Assembly: GCF_006345805.1 (NCBI RefSeq)
Contig: NC_043018.1
Coordinates: 2,666,001 to 2,730,000 of the forward strand
Reading direction: 5' to 3'
Source: Octopus sinensis
Taxonomy: Eukaryota
Length of the DNA stretch: 64,000 bases
Under the pieces are notes generated by a model. It was not told the origin of the DNA. It was given only the letters and a program-made list of their open reading frames with translations, and searched no databases. Below, in pieces: positions 39,635 through 52,514 of the stretch. Made by a program: the position numbers and the translations under genes. The stretch's first letter is position 1; every line of letters begins with the position of its first letter.

Positions 39635-39832
39635 AAAGTGTTAATCCAAACAAAGAAAGCACAAAAAAACACAACACGCGAGGACGTGGAAAAATATAGT
39701 GTTATTGGACCTCAGGAAAGGAGGAGGGTATAACGTTTCGAGCGGAGCTCTTCGTCAGAAACATAGGAGAAGGAAAGATCCAGAGAAGGGAAGACAGAGG
39801 AAAAAAAATCGCCAACGGTACGCACGCGGTCA
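39635..39832 (-). mobile_element. Solo Penelope-like terminal-repeat fragment
   Basis: About 200-bp segment between (TA)n and unique DNA carrying a minimal HHR core. No linked ORF. Confidence 0.6.
39728..39762 (-). ncRNA. Minimal hammerhead ribozyme motif
   Basis: Minus strand GTTT-CTGACGA-A-GAGC-TCC-GCTC-GAAAC-GTT-ATAC. Stem II has 4 bp, stem III is the palindrome AACGTT, and stem I has one mismatch. Confidence 0.55.
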
Positions 39833-39942
39833 CGCTAAAGAATATTCGAGAAAACCAAATATGCAGAAATACATGCGTTGCTAATATTGAAGTGTATGAT
39901 ATCATCATCATAGGAAACTAGTTACGATTCACGTTTCTAAAT

Positions 39943-40619
39943 TCTTCTTCTTCTTCTTCTTCTTATTCTTCTTCTTCTTTTCTTCTTCTTCTTTTCCTTC
40001 CTTCTTCTATTCTTCTTCTATTCTTCTTCTTCTTGTCTATTATTCTTCTTCTCTTCTTTCCTCCTTTCTTCTCTTCTTTTTCTTTCTTGTCTTATTCTTC
40101 TTCTTCTTTTTCTCTCCTTCTTCTACTTTTTCTTTTTTTTTCTTTTTTTTCTTCTTCTTCTTCTTCTTTTCTTTTCTTCTTCTTTCTTATTTACGTCTTC
40201 GTTCTTCTTCTCTTCTTCTTTTCTTCTTCTTCTTCTTCTTCTTTCTTCTTCTTCTTCTACGTCTTCTCTTCTTCTTCTTTTTTTCTCCTTTTCTTTTATT
40301 TTCTTCTTCTTATCTTTTCTGCATTCTACTCTTCTTCTCTTCTTCTTCTATTCTTCTTCTTCTTTTCTCCTCTTTCTTTTCTTCTTCTTCTTCTATTCTT
40401 CTTCTTCTTCTTCTTTCTTCTTCTCCTTCTTCTTACTTTCTTTCTTCTTTTTCTTCTTCTTCTTCTACTTCTTCGTATTTTCTTTTCTTCTTCTTTTCTT
40501 TTCTTTTCTTCTTCTTTTCTTCTTCTTCTTCTACTTCTTTTTTTTTCTTCTTCTTCTTTTTCTTCTTCTTCTTCCCCCTCTTCCTCTTCATCTTCTTCTT
40601 CCAGCAGCAGCATCATCAT

Positions 40620-40660
<41 letters not shown>

Positions 40661-40681
40661 GCAGTTGCAGCAGCAGTAATT

Positions 40682-40725
<44 letters not shown>

Positions 40726-40758
40726 GGTGGTGGTGGTGGTGGTGGTGGTGGTGGCGGC
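39943..40758. repeat. Degenerate (TTC)n tract followed by compound CAG/CAT/TAG/TGG trinucleotide array
   Basis: Direct reading. Source of the 246-aa and 152-aa low-complexity ORFs. Confidence 0.95.
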
Positions 40759-41575
40759 AGAATCAGTGCTTGACAAAAATCCATGTAGGCCGCTTGTTCT
40801 GGTTCAGATAGGGTCGACGTTGAAGTGAGATGGGGCTGACAGAACGATTAAAGACGCGCAATTGATGATTTAAGATGGAAATTGCGAAACCAAACAGAAC
40901 CGTTTTCTACGATTATGCAATTTATTTCAAGTATGTATATGCAATGAGACACACACACACACACACACCAACACACACATACACACACACACACACACAT
41001 ACACACGCATTCATTTTTACGTTATTTATTCTTTTTTTGTATTTATATATCCCAAGGATTTATAATATGCTGAGTCATCTAATTATTTACACACACATGC
41101 AGATTGCGGCAATTAAATACACACATATACAAGTAATGTATGTGAATCTGTGTCTCTGTGTGAGCGTGTGCGGTGTTGTGTTTGTGCGTTTGTATATATA
41201 TATATATATATAATTATAGATATATATATATATATATATATTATATATAATAGTATATATGTGTGTTATATGTAAATGTATGTATATATATATATGTACA
41301 TAATACGTACATGCATATATATAATAAAATATACTATGTATATATATATATATATATATTATATATACATGATATATATTAAATATATGTGTGTGTATAT
41401 GTTTATGTAATAGATAGATATATATAGATGCAAACAAGCATATATATATGCACAGGTATAAATGTATACATACGGAGAGATATGTACCTATTACATGAAT
41501 ATATTACGTACTTTGTGTATATTTATTTTATATATGTTGTTATATATACTATATATAATATATAATATATATATG

Positions 41576-41611
<36 letters not shown>

Positions 41612-41613
41612 TG

Positions 41614-41648
<35 letters not shown>

Positions 41649-41817
41649 GTGTGTGTGAGTGTGGGTGTGTGTGTGCATATAAATATATGGGCATGCGTAT
41701 TATATATATGGGTATACATGTATAAAATGGTATGTGTAAATACATATGTATGTGTTGTATATATGCATATATATGTATATATATGCATATATATATAATA
41801 TATATAATATATGTATG

Positions 41818-41870
<53 letters not shown>

Positions 41871-41975
41871 ATATAAATATATGTGCATGCGTATTATATA
41901 TATGGGTATACATGTATAAAATGTATGTGTAAATACATATGTATGTGTGTATATATGCATATATATGTATATATA

Positions 41976-42016
<41 letters not shown>

Positions 42017-42434
42017 GTATACGTATGTATATATGACTATATGTATATAAATATATATACACATGTGTGTGTGCGTATATATGTATATGCATGTATGTAT
42101 TTGTAAACATATACAGAGAGAGAGAGAGATAGAGAGAGAGAGAGAAAGAAAGATAGGGGGAGAGCAAAATGGAGCGTGTGAGAGTGAAGGATGTATGTAT
42201 ATATGAGTATGCACTGATTTTATCTATGCTGGTGCTTCCGAAGTGTTTAGAGCTAATATCGTTTGCAGATCATATGGCAAAGAAGTCACGTAATTCCTCT
42301 AATGGTATGTTGATATATTCAGTGGAATATGACCCTGCACGTGATAATAGGAAATTACCCAACTGCGTATATATGCATTTACGATGCGGGTATATAAGTG
42401 TCTGTGTATTGGCGTGCGTGTGTTTACGTATGTA

Positions 42435-42478
<44 letters not shown>

Positions 42479-42507
42479 ATATAATATATTATATATATAT
42501 ATGTATA

Positions 42508-42543
<36 letters not shown>

Positions 42544-42726
42544 GTATCCATATATGTATAGTTATACATTCAAACAATTATATAATTACATATATGTGTG
42601 TGAGGATGTGTGTGACTATGTAAGTGTGTGCGTGCGTGGCGGCGTGTTTCTATACTTTAATTTCTATACTTGTATATGATAATGCATATATATGTACTAT
42701 ATATGTAGCATATATGTACATGTACA

Positions 42727-42760
<34 letters not shown>

Positions 42761-43021
42761 GTATATATACTCTACATATATATTTTTACATACATATATT
42801 ACAATACTGACACACATCTATCTACCTATCTATCTATCTATTTATGTATATATATATATATAGGTGTGTGTATATGTATGCGTGCGTGTTCGCAAAACAA
42901 TGACAGGAACAGTATATAAAGCATATTTAAATATATGTTGCGAAACTTACGCATGCTGCTATCTCTCTCTGTCTCTCTCTCTCTACCATATATAATATAA
43001 ATATACAATATATATCTATAT

Positions 43022-43057
<36 letters not shown>

Positions 43058-43194
43058 TAGATATATATATATATATTTATTTATTTATATATATACATGA
43101 TATAAAAATTATTAGAGACAAAACCACTATTTTGCAAAACAAAAAAGGAAAGACTTAATCAATACTACAATTTTATAAATAGTCAAAAAAACCG

Positions 43195-43237
43195 CCACTA
43201 CAATTGTTTCTTGTCTTGATCGACAATCTTCAGGTGG
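43195..43237 (-). ncRNA. Minimal type I hammerhead ribozyme
   Basis: CCAC-CTGAAGA-TTGTC-GATCAA-GACAA-GAAAC-AATT-GTA-GTGG. Stem I has 4 bp, stem II has 5 bp, stem III is the palindrome ACAATTGT, and the triplet is GUA. Confidence 0.75.
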
Positions 43238-43317
43238 ACTTCCAATAAGTCAGTTTCAAATACGCATGCTGCTATCTCTCTCTGTCTCTCTCTCTATCCC
43301 CATATATATATATATAA

Positions 43318-43367
<50 letters not shown>

Positions 43368-43397
43368 TTTCATAATTTGAAACTGACTTATTGAAGT

Positions 43398-43439
43398 CCA
43401 CCTGAAGATTGTCGATCAAGACAAGAAACAATGTAGTGG
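43398..43439 (+). ncRNA. Minimal type I hammerhead ribozyme (second, inverted copy)
   Basis: CCAC-CTGAAGA-TTGTC-GATCAA-GACAA-GAAAC-AAT-GTA-GTGG, one base shorter in stem III. Confidence 0.65.
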
Positions 43440-44432
43440 CGGTTTTTTTGACTATTTATTAAAATTTTATGTATGATTAAGTCTTTCCTTGTTGTTTTGC
43501 AAAATAGTGGTTTGTCTCTAATAATATTTTATAATATTTTACTATAAAATTGGATTTAATCCTAAATCTGATTTTTCCCTGTAAATTTGGATTTATTCCC
43601 TAATATTTATTAGTATCTATTATACATATATATATATATATATTATATATATGTATATATTTATTTATTTGTATATATACAATATATATATATACATATA
43701 TATATATACACATATTATAGATATATTATATATATATATAATATATATATTATATTATATATATATATATATACATATAGTGCTTTAGATACACATTTTC
43801 ATATATAAACATATAAACATGTTTATGCACGTATATGTATGAATGCACAAATATGATTATATATGCTTATTTACTGATACAATAGTATATATCTGTGTAT
43901 ACGTATATTTGAATACATTTACATAAAATTACATTCTTTGCGTTAGTATATTCCAATTTCATTTTTGTAAGCGCATGCGTGTTGGCGCATGCCTGTATGT
44001 AAGTATCTATTTACATTTGCGTGTGCCTATTTGTCTGTGTATGTATGTGAGAGTGTGTTGGCGTGTTTGTGTCTGTGTCCGTGTGTGTGTATCTGGTGAT
44101 AATTTTCTAAAATTTATTGCGTGTGGGAAACACTACATTAAAACTTGCAAACACACGAATATTATTCCATCTCTAAACACAAATAAAGTAAAAGATTAAC
44201 GTCTCTCAATCGCACATATTTTCACAACGAATCTTATAACGATGACTCTAACTGTACCCTCGGAGGCGATATACGAGTATGGATGCTACAAGGGTTGCAT
44301 TCGTGGTGTGACGGCACAATCCCCAAGACCACGCTGGAAATTAGATTTGCTGTGTAATATTATCAAACTTTCTAAAAAAGAAATAAAACTATATTTTTCA
44401 GTTTTCTTGTAAAGTAATAAGCAAGGTTGCCT

Positions 44433-44476
<44 letters not shown>

Positions 44477-44484
44477 ATATATAG

Positions 44485-44520
<36 letters not shown>

Positions 44521-44986
44521 TACGTAATATTTAGAATATATAGATATTATATATATATACATCATTATGATATATATTATATACACGTATATATATATGT
44601 GTATAAATGTATGTATATATATATATGTATATATATATATAATTTTATGTACATATATATATGTATATATACACACATATATACATTTATATACACATAT
44701 ATATATATATACATATATATGCATATATGCATACATATGTGCGTACATGTATATATACAGTTATATATATATGTGTGTGTACGTGTGTGTGTACGTGTGT
44801 GTGAGTGTGTGGCAGTAGATACACACACATATATAGATAGATAGATACAATGATAAATAGAGTGATAGGGAGACAAACGGACATACAAACTTTCAAACAG
44901 ATATAGTTACACACAGAAGTACATGTACACACACACACACAAATATATGTTTGCGCGTGTGTACGTTTGTGTGTGTGTGTGTGTGT

Positions 44987-45086
44987 NNNNNNNNNNNNNN
45001 NNNNNNNNNNNNNNNNNNNNNNNNNNNNNNNNNNNNNNNNNNNNNNNNNNNNNNNNNNNNNNNNNNNNNNNNNNNNNNNNNNNNNN
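44987..45086. other. Assembly gap (100 N)
   Basis: Run of exactly 100 N, a placeholder of unknown true size. Confidence 1.
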
Positions 45087-45860
45087 TATCGGATGCTTCT
45101 ACGATTGTGTACATCGGATCTCTTGTATACAGTTGAAAAACAAAGACAAAACATAATTTTCATTCTGCTTGTTGAGCCAATCCGGCTTTATTTGTGCTAC
45201 AAAATGAACAGTATTCATGTTAGATGAGAAGCCGCACATGGTGAGATATATAGGCGAAATATCAACTAATGTTATCTTATAGATGATAAATTACGAACCT
45301 AGTTTACCGCGTATGTCACAGGAGACCAAATTTCGGCAATTCTATGAACTGTTTCCCAACCCCCAATAAACCACAAGGTTAAAAGATTCTTGGCATGCTT
45401 GGCAAGGGGCAATGAGCAAAAAACAAATAACTATAGCTTGTTTACACAGAATTAAAAAGCATATAATAAACACGACCAGCTGGCGTTCTGCAAAATACTT
45501 TGCACATCGGACAAAATAATTATCGACTTTCCTTCCGTCTGTATAAATTCTGAGTTCGAATCTCATCGACGTGAACTTTGTCTTTCGTTTCTTCGGGGTC
45601 GATAAAATGAAATGTAAGTCAAGTACAGTTGAGCAATGTAACTGTCATGCGCTTTTCATTCAAAATTGCTGGCTGTGAACGCTGCAATTTATCGGCGCCC
45701 TGTTTAGGGCCTTTGTTTCAATCTCGGTTTCTTATACGAGATTGAAACCGTGCAACCGGGCTTATGTGTCGCAGCAATTAAGAAGACATATAAATAAATA
45801 TACCTGGCTAATTTACCGATGCAAAAATTAGCAATAGTCAAATTATTATTCACATATAAA

Positions 45861-46262
45861 AAGGTGGCGAGCTGGCAGAAACGTTAGCACGCCGGGCGAA
45901 ATGCGTAGCCGTATTTCGTCTGCCGCTACGTTCTGAGTTCAAATTCCGCCGAGGTTGACTTTGATTTTCATCCTTTCGGGGTCGATAAATTAAGTGCCAG
46001 TTACGCACTAGTGTCGATATAATCGACTTAATCAGTTTGTCTGTCCTTGTTTGTCCTCTTTGTGTTTAGCCCCCTGTGGGTAGTAAAAAAATAAAGTATT
46101 TTGACTGGTACTACATTCTGAGTTCAAATTCTGTAGTGGTCGACTTTACCTTTCATCGTTTCGGAGTCGATGAAACAAGTACTAGTTACGCACTGGTGTC
46201 GATGTAATCGACTAACCGCCTTCCACAAAAAAAATTTGAAGGCCTTGTGCCGAGAGTAGAAA
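45861..46262 (+). mobile_element. SINE family B, well-preserved copy followed by a second partial body
   Basis: aaggtggcgagctggcagaaacgttagcacgccgggcg...gtagtaaaaaaataaagtatt, then ctacattctgagttcaaattc...ggccttgtgccgagagtagaa. Confidence 0.9.
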
Positions 46263-46954
46263 TAATATTCACGTATAAAGTATAATTTCATAGAGAGATG
46301 AACAGTTATTCAAAGAAATTACACCGAATTCGGTGTTGATGTGGACACGCAGCAGTTCGGAATGTGTCTGTCACTTTCCCTAATTATTTATAGAAGTGAC
46401 GTTCTGTACATTAACTACCATTTAAGATAATTTAAGATTGTCTATGCAGACATAATTACGTAAGTTCAAGATATTTGGAGTAATCAGTTACGTAAAGAAG
46501 GATTGGGTACATCCATGGAGCATTTGTCAATCTACCTTATAAAAGAATGCCTATATCGCCCAAGACGTGAAAAAAATTCTCGTTTTAATGGAGGAAAATC
46601 TGCATCTATAAAAACCAAGAAGAATCCGTTAATGGACAAAATAAGAATATTAAGCGAAAGAAACGAATGTCACACCTAGCACCAGCTTCAGTGATTTGAT
46701 ATTGTGTAAAAAATTAATACACGTACAATCACTTCGTTCTAGAAGAACGGTAAAAGCAATAAGAACAATAACAACGGCAGAAACACCAAGACAATGAACA
46801 ATAAAGATGCAGGGAGGCGACAACGTGGTGGTGGTCGTGAGGGGCATGTTGATTATGATGTTGATGATAAAGATGAGGAGGTGTATTATGGAATGGTTGT
46901 GGTTATGGTTGTTACTGCCTTCTGAGTGTGATCGAACTAGTTTTTGCAATAGTG

Positions 46955-46958
46955 CTGT

Positions 46959-46990
<32 letters not shown>

Positions 46991-46991
46991 C

Positions 46992-47037
<46 letters not shown>

Positions 47038-47150
47038 AACTGTAGTAGTAGCGGTGGTGATGATAATAAAGACGACGATGACGACGACACTGATGAGGAT
47101 CACGTTGTAGACGACGATGATGGAGATGATGATAATAATAACGAAAACAA
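46955..47150. repeat. (GAT)n/(GAC)n tract
   Basis: Direct reading. Source of the poly-D, poly-M and poly-S ORFs. Confidence 0.95.
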
Positions 47151-47507
47151 CAAAATATCCCAACAAAACACTAATAAAAATAACTAATAAAATCTCCCAC
47201 TACGGTGATTGTGTTTCGACATGAGAACCAATATTATCGATTAGTATTACCATTAACCACTCCATGCTTTGTTTTAGATTACGTCAGATATTCTTTATTT
47301 CATGTAACCTGTATATTGGATTATTTCTAGAGAATATCTTACGACAAAATCGCCGATATTTTGTGTATTTCACATCTATATAATACGTTCACTGTATGCT
47401 GTTTACACCCAATATATTGTATTGATGCAGTGTGCGTGTATTGACAGTATTTACGCCTAAACAATAGACATACTTACATATATATGTGTGTGTGTGTGTA
47501 TGTATGC

Positions 47508-47543
<36 letters not shown>

Positions 47544-47692
47544 CATATACATATATACATATAATATTACATATATATATATATATATATAATATACATA
47601 TACATACGTATGTAAACTAAGACTATTCATATATATATATATATCTATATATATATATATATGTATATATTATAATACATATATATATCTAT

Positions 47693-47729
<37 letters not shown>

Positions 47730-47799
47730 TACATACACATACATATGTAAACTAAGTCTTATTCATATATATACATATATTCCTATATGAAGTCAGGCA

Positions 47800-47836
<37 letters not shown>

Positions 47837-48203
47837 TTTAAGTAGGTAGGTATGTAGGTGTGTTTATATGGATGCATGTATGTGTGTATGTATGTATAAA
47901 ACAAAAGACAATGTATGATAAAAGTTACGATAAAAGGAAATGCGAAAAGTAAGAAACAACGAACAGACAGCGTTAGAAAATCAATGGATTTTGCTGTGAA
48001 GGATGCTTAGAAATATCGACGTTTCGGACATATGTCCTCTGGCAATGGCAGTAGATAAAAAGAATTGGTGAGCGGAGAATCTGTTGAAGAAATTGCGCTT
48101 GTTTATAGACGTGTGTTTATTGGTGAATAAAAGAGGGGCGAATATTGTTGGCTAATATTAGCCATATATTTATGGAAGGAGTTTTGAACGCGTATTTGAT
48201 AGC

Positions 48204-48241
<38 letters not shown>

Positions 48242-48749
48242 GGCATTCAGACAGGTAGACAGATAATCAGAAAAAGAGAACGGAGGAAGGGTGAGAGAAA
48301 TACAAGCATATGTAGAAGAGAGTGGGGGAGAAATCGGTAGTAAACCAATATCAAGCGATATTGATGTAACAGATAATAGCTTATATCTGTGAGTAGCTGT
48401 GATAGTCATACAGCGTAATTGTTTGTAATATAGTCGGTTGTATGGGATAAGTTAAATAATTCCAGGTTTAAAGGTAATTATTTTTTATTCATGTTCTCGT
48501 TCGAGGAATTGGACAACGGCCTTGCTGGAGCAAGTCTTAGAAGAGCCTATTCAAACAAATAGACCCTAGTAATTAAACGTTTTCAATTTACGACTTATTT
48601 TATCAAACGCATTTCATATCCGCTACGTTACAGGGAAAGTAAACAAACCAGTAACGGCAATCACACACAAGGACAGGCACACCCCTGCATACACACTCAT
48701 CAAGCACTTTGCATGCATATATACATTTATATATTTGTTTATATTGTAT

Positions 48750-48797
<48 letters not shown>

Positions 48798-48799
48798 TG

Positions 48800-49110
48800 T
48801 ACTCTTCTCTTTACTCTTTTACTTGTTTCAGTTATTTGACTGCAGCCATGCTGGAGCACCGCCTTTAGTCGAGCAATTCGACTCCAGGACGTATTCATCG
48901 TAAGCCTAGTACTTATACTATCGGGTTCCTTTTCCTTCTACCGAACCGCTACGTTACGGGACGTAAACACACCAGCATCGGTTGTCAAGCGATGTTGGGG
49001 GGACAAGCACAGACACATAAACATGCACACACACATATATATATATATGTACGACGGGCTTCTTTCAGTTTCCATCTACCAAATCCACTCACAAGGCTTT
49101 GGTCGGCCTC
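48800..49110 (-). mobile_element. SINE family A, head-truncated
   Basis: From the tail (actcttt)n to ...aaggctttggtcggcctcg, ending in a 37-bp near-palindrome. Confidence 0.92.
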
Positions 49111-49370
49111 GATGATGGCACAACAGTTGTACCATCATCGAGGCACCGTTTAATGTGCTACTTCACCAGAATCGGTAATGAAAGAAACTGAAAGTCACTG
49201 GAAAGAGGTGCGCCAGCACAGCCCCAAACTCGGGCTGAAACCATTAAAAGAGCAAAAGAAAAAAAACAATACAATTTACATGCATGTGTATACATACATA
49301 CATACATACATACATAAATACTTATATATATATATATATGTATATATACTACGATATACATAAGTATATA

Positions 49371-49643
49371 GGAGTGGCTGTGTGGTAAGTAGCTTGCTTA
49401 CGAACCACATAGTTCCAGGTTCAGTCCCACTGCATGGCACCTTGGGCAAGTGCCTTCTACTATAGCCTCGAGCCGACCAAAGCCTTGTGAGTGGATTTGG
49501 TAGATGGAAACTGAAAGAATCCCGTCGTACATATGTATATTTATGTGTGTGTGTGGTGTGCATGTTTATGTGTCTGTGTTTGTTCCCCCAACATCGCTTG
49601 ACAACCGGTTCGGTAAAAGGAAAAGGAACCCGATAGTATAAGT
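49371..49643 (+). mobile_element. SINE family A, tail-truncated, with ~32-bp internal deletion
   Basis: From ggagtggctgtgtggtaagtagcttgc to cgatagtataagtactaggcttacaatgaataa. Confidence 0.92.
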
Positions 49644-50419
49644 ACTAGGCTTACAATGAATAAAACATTATCCTCACGCTCTTTGAAGACATCAAAATCT
49701 TTACTTCCCAGTGTTGAACAGTTGGGAACTCTTGATACCCAAGCTGTTAGAGCACTGGGTCCTTGCTTATTTATATTGCATTATGTATGTATGTATGTAT
49801 TTATGTATGTATGTATATATATGTGTGTGTTGTATGTGTGAGGTGTGTGTGTATGTGTGTGTGTGTATGTATGTGTGTGTGTGTGCGTTTATACGAGCAA
49901 TTCCTCTCAATTAAATTCATCTATAAGACATTGGCCGATCAGAAGCTGTTGTAGAAAAACATCTGCAGCTCTCGCAGATAAATGCAGGGCCATCTTCTTA
50001 GCGATACGGTTAACATTATTTCAGTTGAGAAGAGATTCCATTTGAAGTAAAAGTCAGACATCATATAAGTGGATGCTTTTTAAAAGCGTGTTTGTAAAAC
50101 CGATGATAGGCAACGTAAGTATAAAAGTGAACAATTAGAAGATAGTTCCTTTTTGACAACGGAAGGGGCACCTGCGCTCAAACAGAATATCCTGCGTTCC
50201 ATCGGGAAGATTTCGAAAACGAGAACGTCTGTAAATTGTTGCACAACTATTGAAATAAACGGAAGCCACGGGTTCATTTAGTTAATTGTGCAATAGAAAC
50301 CCAATAGATGTTCCTCAAAATATTGTTTCTGCTCGATATGCCAAAACACAGGTTTAGCATTTGTTATACCGACTGGCAAATTATGTGCTACATGTGATTC
50401 TGTCAGATAGGAAAATAAA

Positions 50420-52230
50420 TTTCACTGACGATTAGTTGGAAGTATATCACACTGTCCATGTGGTCTTCCTCTTACGGAGTTCCTACTTAGTCCAAGCACC
50501 GTTACATGCCAACTCTACAGCCCTTGATCTTCCTATTGGTGTTGCATTCTGTCTGTATCATGGCCCTTCCTCTCCCTGATGTCTGCCTTCTGCTATTGTT
50601 GGAAATCTGAAGAACCGAGATACTGTCGACCTCTGCATATAACTGCAATTATATCTTTAGCTTGAGCGACTGTAGTGCTAGTTACCCAATTTTGCCGAGC
50701 CTTGTTGTAATACCTGTATATCTGACAAGCTCATCATGCGAGTCCTTGTACATCATTACAAAATTACATATCCCCTACAGATAATATAGTGCTTTGTATC
50801 TGTCCAGATCTTATGTACCGGCCTATTAAAGTGAAGCTTGTGGTCGTGGTTTTGTGGTAACTCCTTGCAACCTGCGGAAGTATTTGTTTACTTTCCTCTT
50901 CTCCTTCTCACGCTTGTCACTGGAATTTCATACACTGTCAATAACCATATGAGTCCGTGTTGGTAGAACCACGCCCTCTATTTTCTTGGAAGCCCTGATC
51001 TTTGAATCCTCCTCAGCCCCTCTTCTACCTGGTTCACAGTACTGGTGACATTGTTTCTGTCCGAGAGCGAATTGTTAAACATCTTTGCAAAACATCTAAT
51101 AGGATTTTTCTCTGTTGATGGAATGACCTCTCCTAGAAATGTCAGCTTGATTTGTGTTTGTTACTTTGCCCGTTCTGATCACCATACACTTGGATTTGAT
51201 GGGGTTCAAATTTCATTCTAGCCCCATTTTACCATGTATTCAAGTGAAGTCGGCTACCTTTCTGGCTCCACATCGGTTGTAGTTGTTACCGTGATATCAT
51301 CTACGAAGCCCCTTTTTCGGTGCTGACGGTTGCTGATTCCTTTGTTGGTCCTTGGGCTTCATTATCAGCAGCTGATATGACGAGATTCATTCACATGATG
51401 AAAAGGATGGGCGAAATTGTGCAACCAGTTATGATTACATTTTCAAGGTTTTGGCACCGTGTTGGCTGTTCTGAAGTGTAAGTGGATGCCTCCAGAGTAA
51501 CTGGTAATTATTCCCATATTATGCAGAGGAATATGGAAGTAGTCTAGAGCTAAAGGAAATTGATGTCAAGTCACCTTACTTTTTTGGGGCTCCAGTATGT
51601 CCCACACATCCTAAGAAACGTCGAATAGAGGTGTTTATATAAAAAATCTCAGTCATATATGCGGTCATCCTGTTGGCCAATACGGAAAGAATGAGATGGT
51701 CCTGAATTGGTTAATGGCCGAAGAGTTTTCTTCTCGGCACATAACATCCTTTTGCATTTTTTTAGCATGGTGAAATGATATCCTTTCCCAGATCTTTCAG
51801 AACAGCATCCACATCATCCGAAGGAGACGTGGACATTTCGTGTACACCTTATAATGCATATCACTTGGGTCAGGAGCTGATCCTGATCTGGTCTTTTTAA
51901 CCACCTTTTCACCTTCTCTTTAGGATTGATATTGTGGCTTCAACTTGTTTCGTGGGATCTCATCTCTACTGACATTTGGGTTAAAATCAAGGGCCTGATT
52001 TCTGAAGTTCCCCCTCATAAATGTTTCTACCTCTTCTCTGGAGCTGATCGATTCCCCTGAGTGTGTCTCTACTCTAAACTGTTTGGGTGAACCTAAAAGG
52101 ATTCTTCATAAATTGCGTCCATTTGGCCTCGCTCGCTTTCTTGCGTTTCCAGGCTGCTTTTTGCCATCCTAAACCACCTGCTCAGACGTTAACGGTTCTG
52201 TCAAATCCACAATGCCTTTCGTCAGCAAGG
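50420..52230 (-). mobile_element. Decayed HERO-like LINE, RT domain and downstream region
   Basis: Minus-strand translation through stops gives LSVLANRMTAYMTE, NLENVIITGCTISPILFIM.MNLVISAA, GFVDDITVTT and GEVIPSTEKNPIRCFAKMFNNSLSDRNNV. This is the HERO-type RT motif order (GI.TGCTIS.ILF, F.DD). Confidence 0.85.
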
Positions 52231-52462
52231 GCGCTCTTATACTGCTTATTGAGGGTCTTGATTTCTCCAAATATGAACAAAGAGAAAACACAAACAACGC
52301 AATATATATAATTAAAACAATAAATAGAAATAGCTTTTGTGATAATTTTTCCACTTCAATAACTGGATGTTTATACAGGAAAAATTATCAGAATAGGCAT
52401 TTATATGCATTATTTTTAAAACTATAATACTGTGCCAAGGATATGCCATTTCTTATTCTACA

Positions 52463-52514
<52 letters not shown>

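Larger units (their letters stand above)
43104..43528. repeat. Inverted repeat, arms ~155 bp (43104-43260 and 43375-43528), each carrying an HHR
   Basis: The right arm is the reverse complement of the left arm apart from a few mostly 1-bp indels. The spacer is ~114 bp of (CT)n/(TA)n sequence. Confidence 0.9.

Noticed and set aside
41600-42000. ~200-bp duplicated TA/TG-rich block
   Set aside because: A low-complexity slippage product or assembly stutter next to microsatellites, with no functional signal.
48010-48060. HHR-like GGAC-ATAT-GTCC-GAAAC-GTC on the minus strand
   Set aside because: The CUGANGA core is disrupted (CTG-ccattgcc-AGA), so at most a dead remnant.
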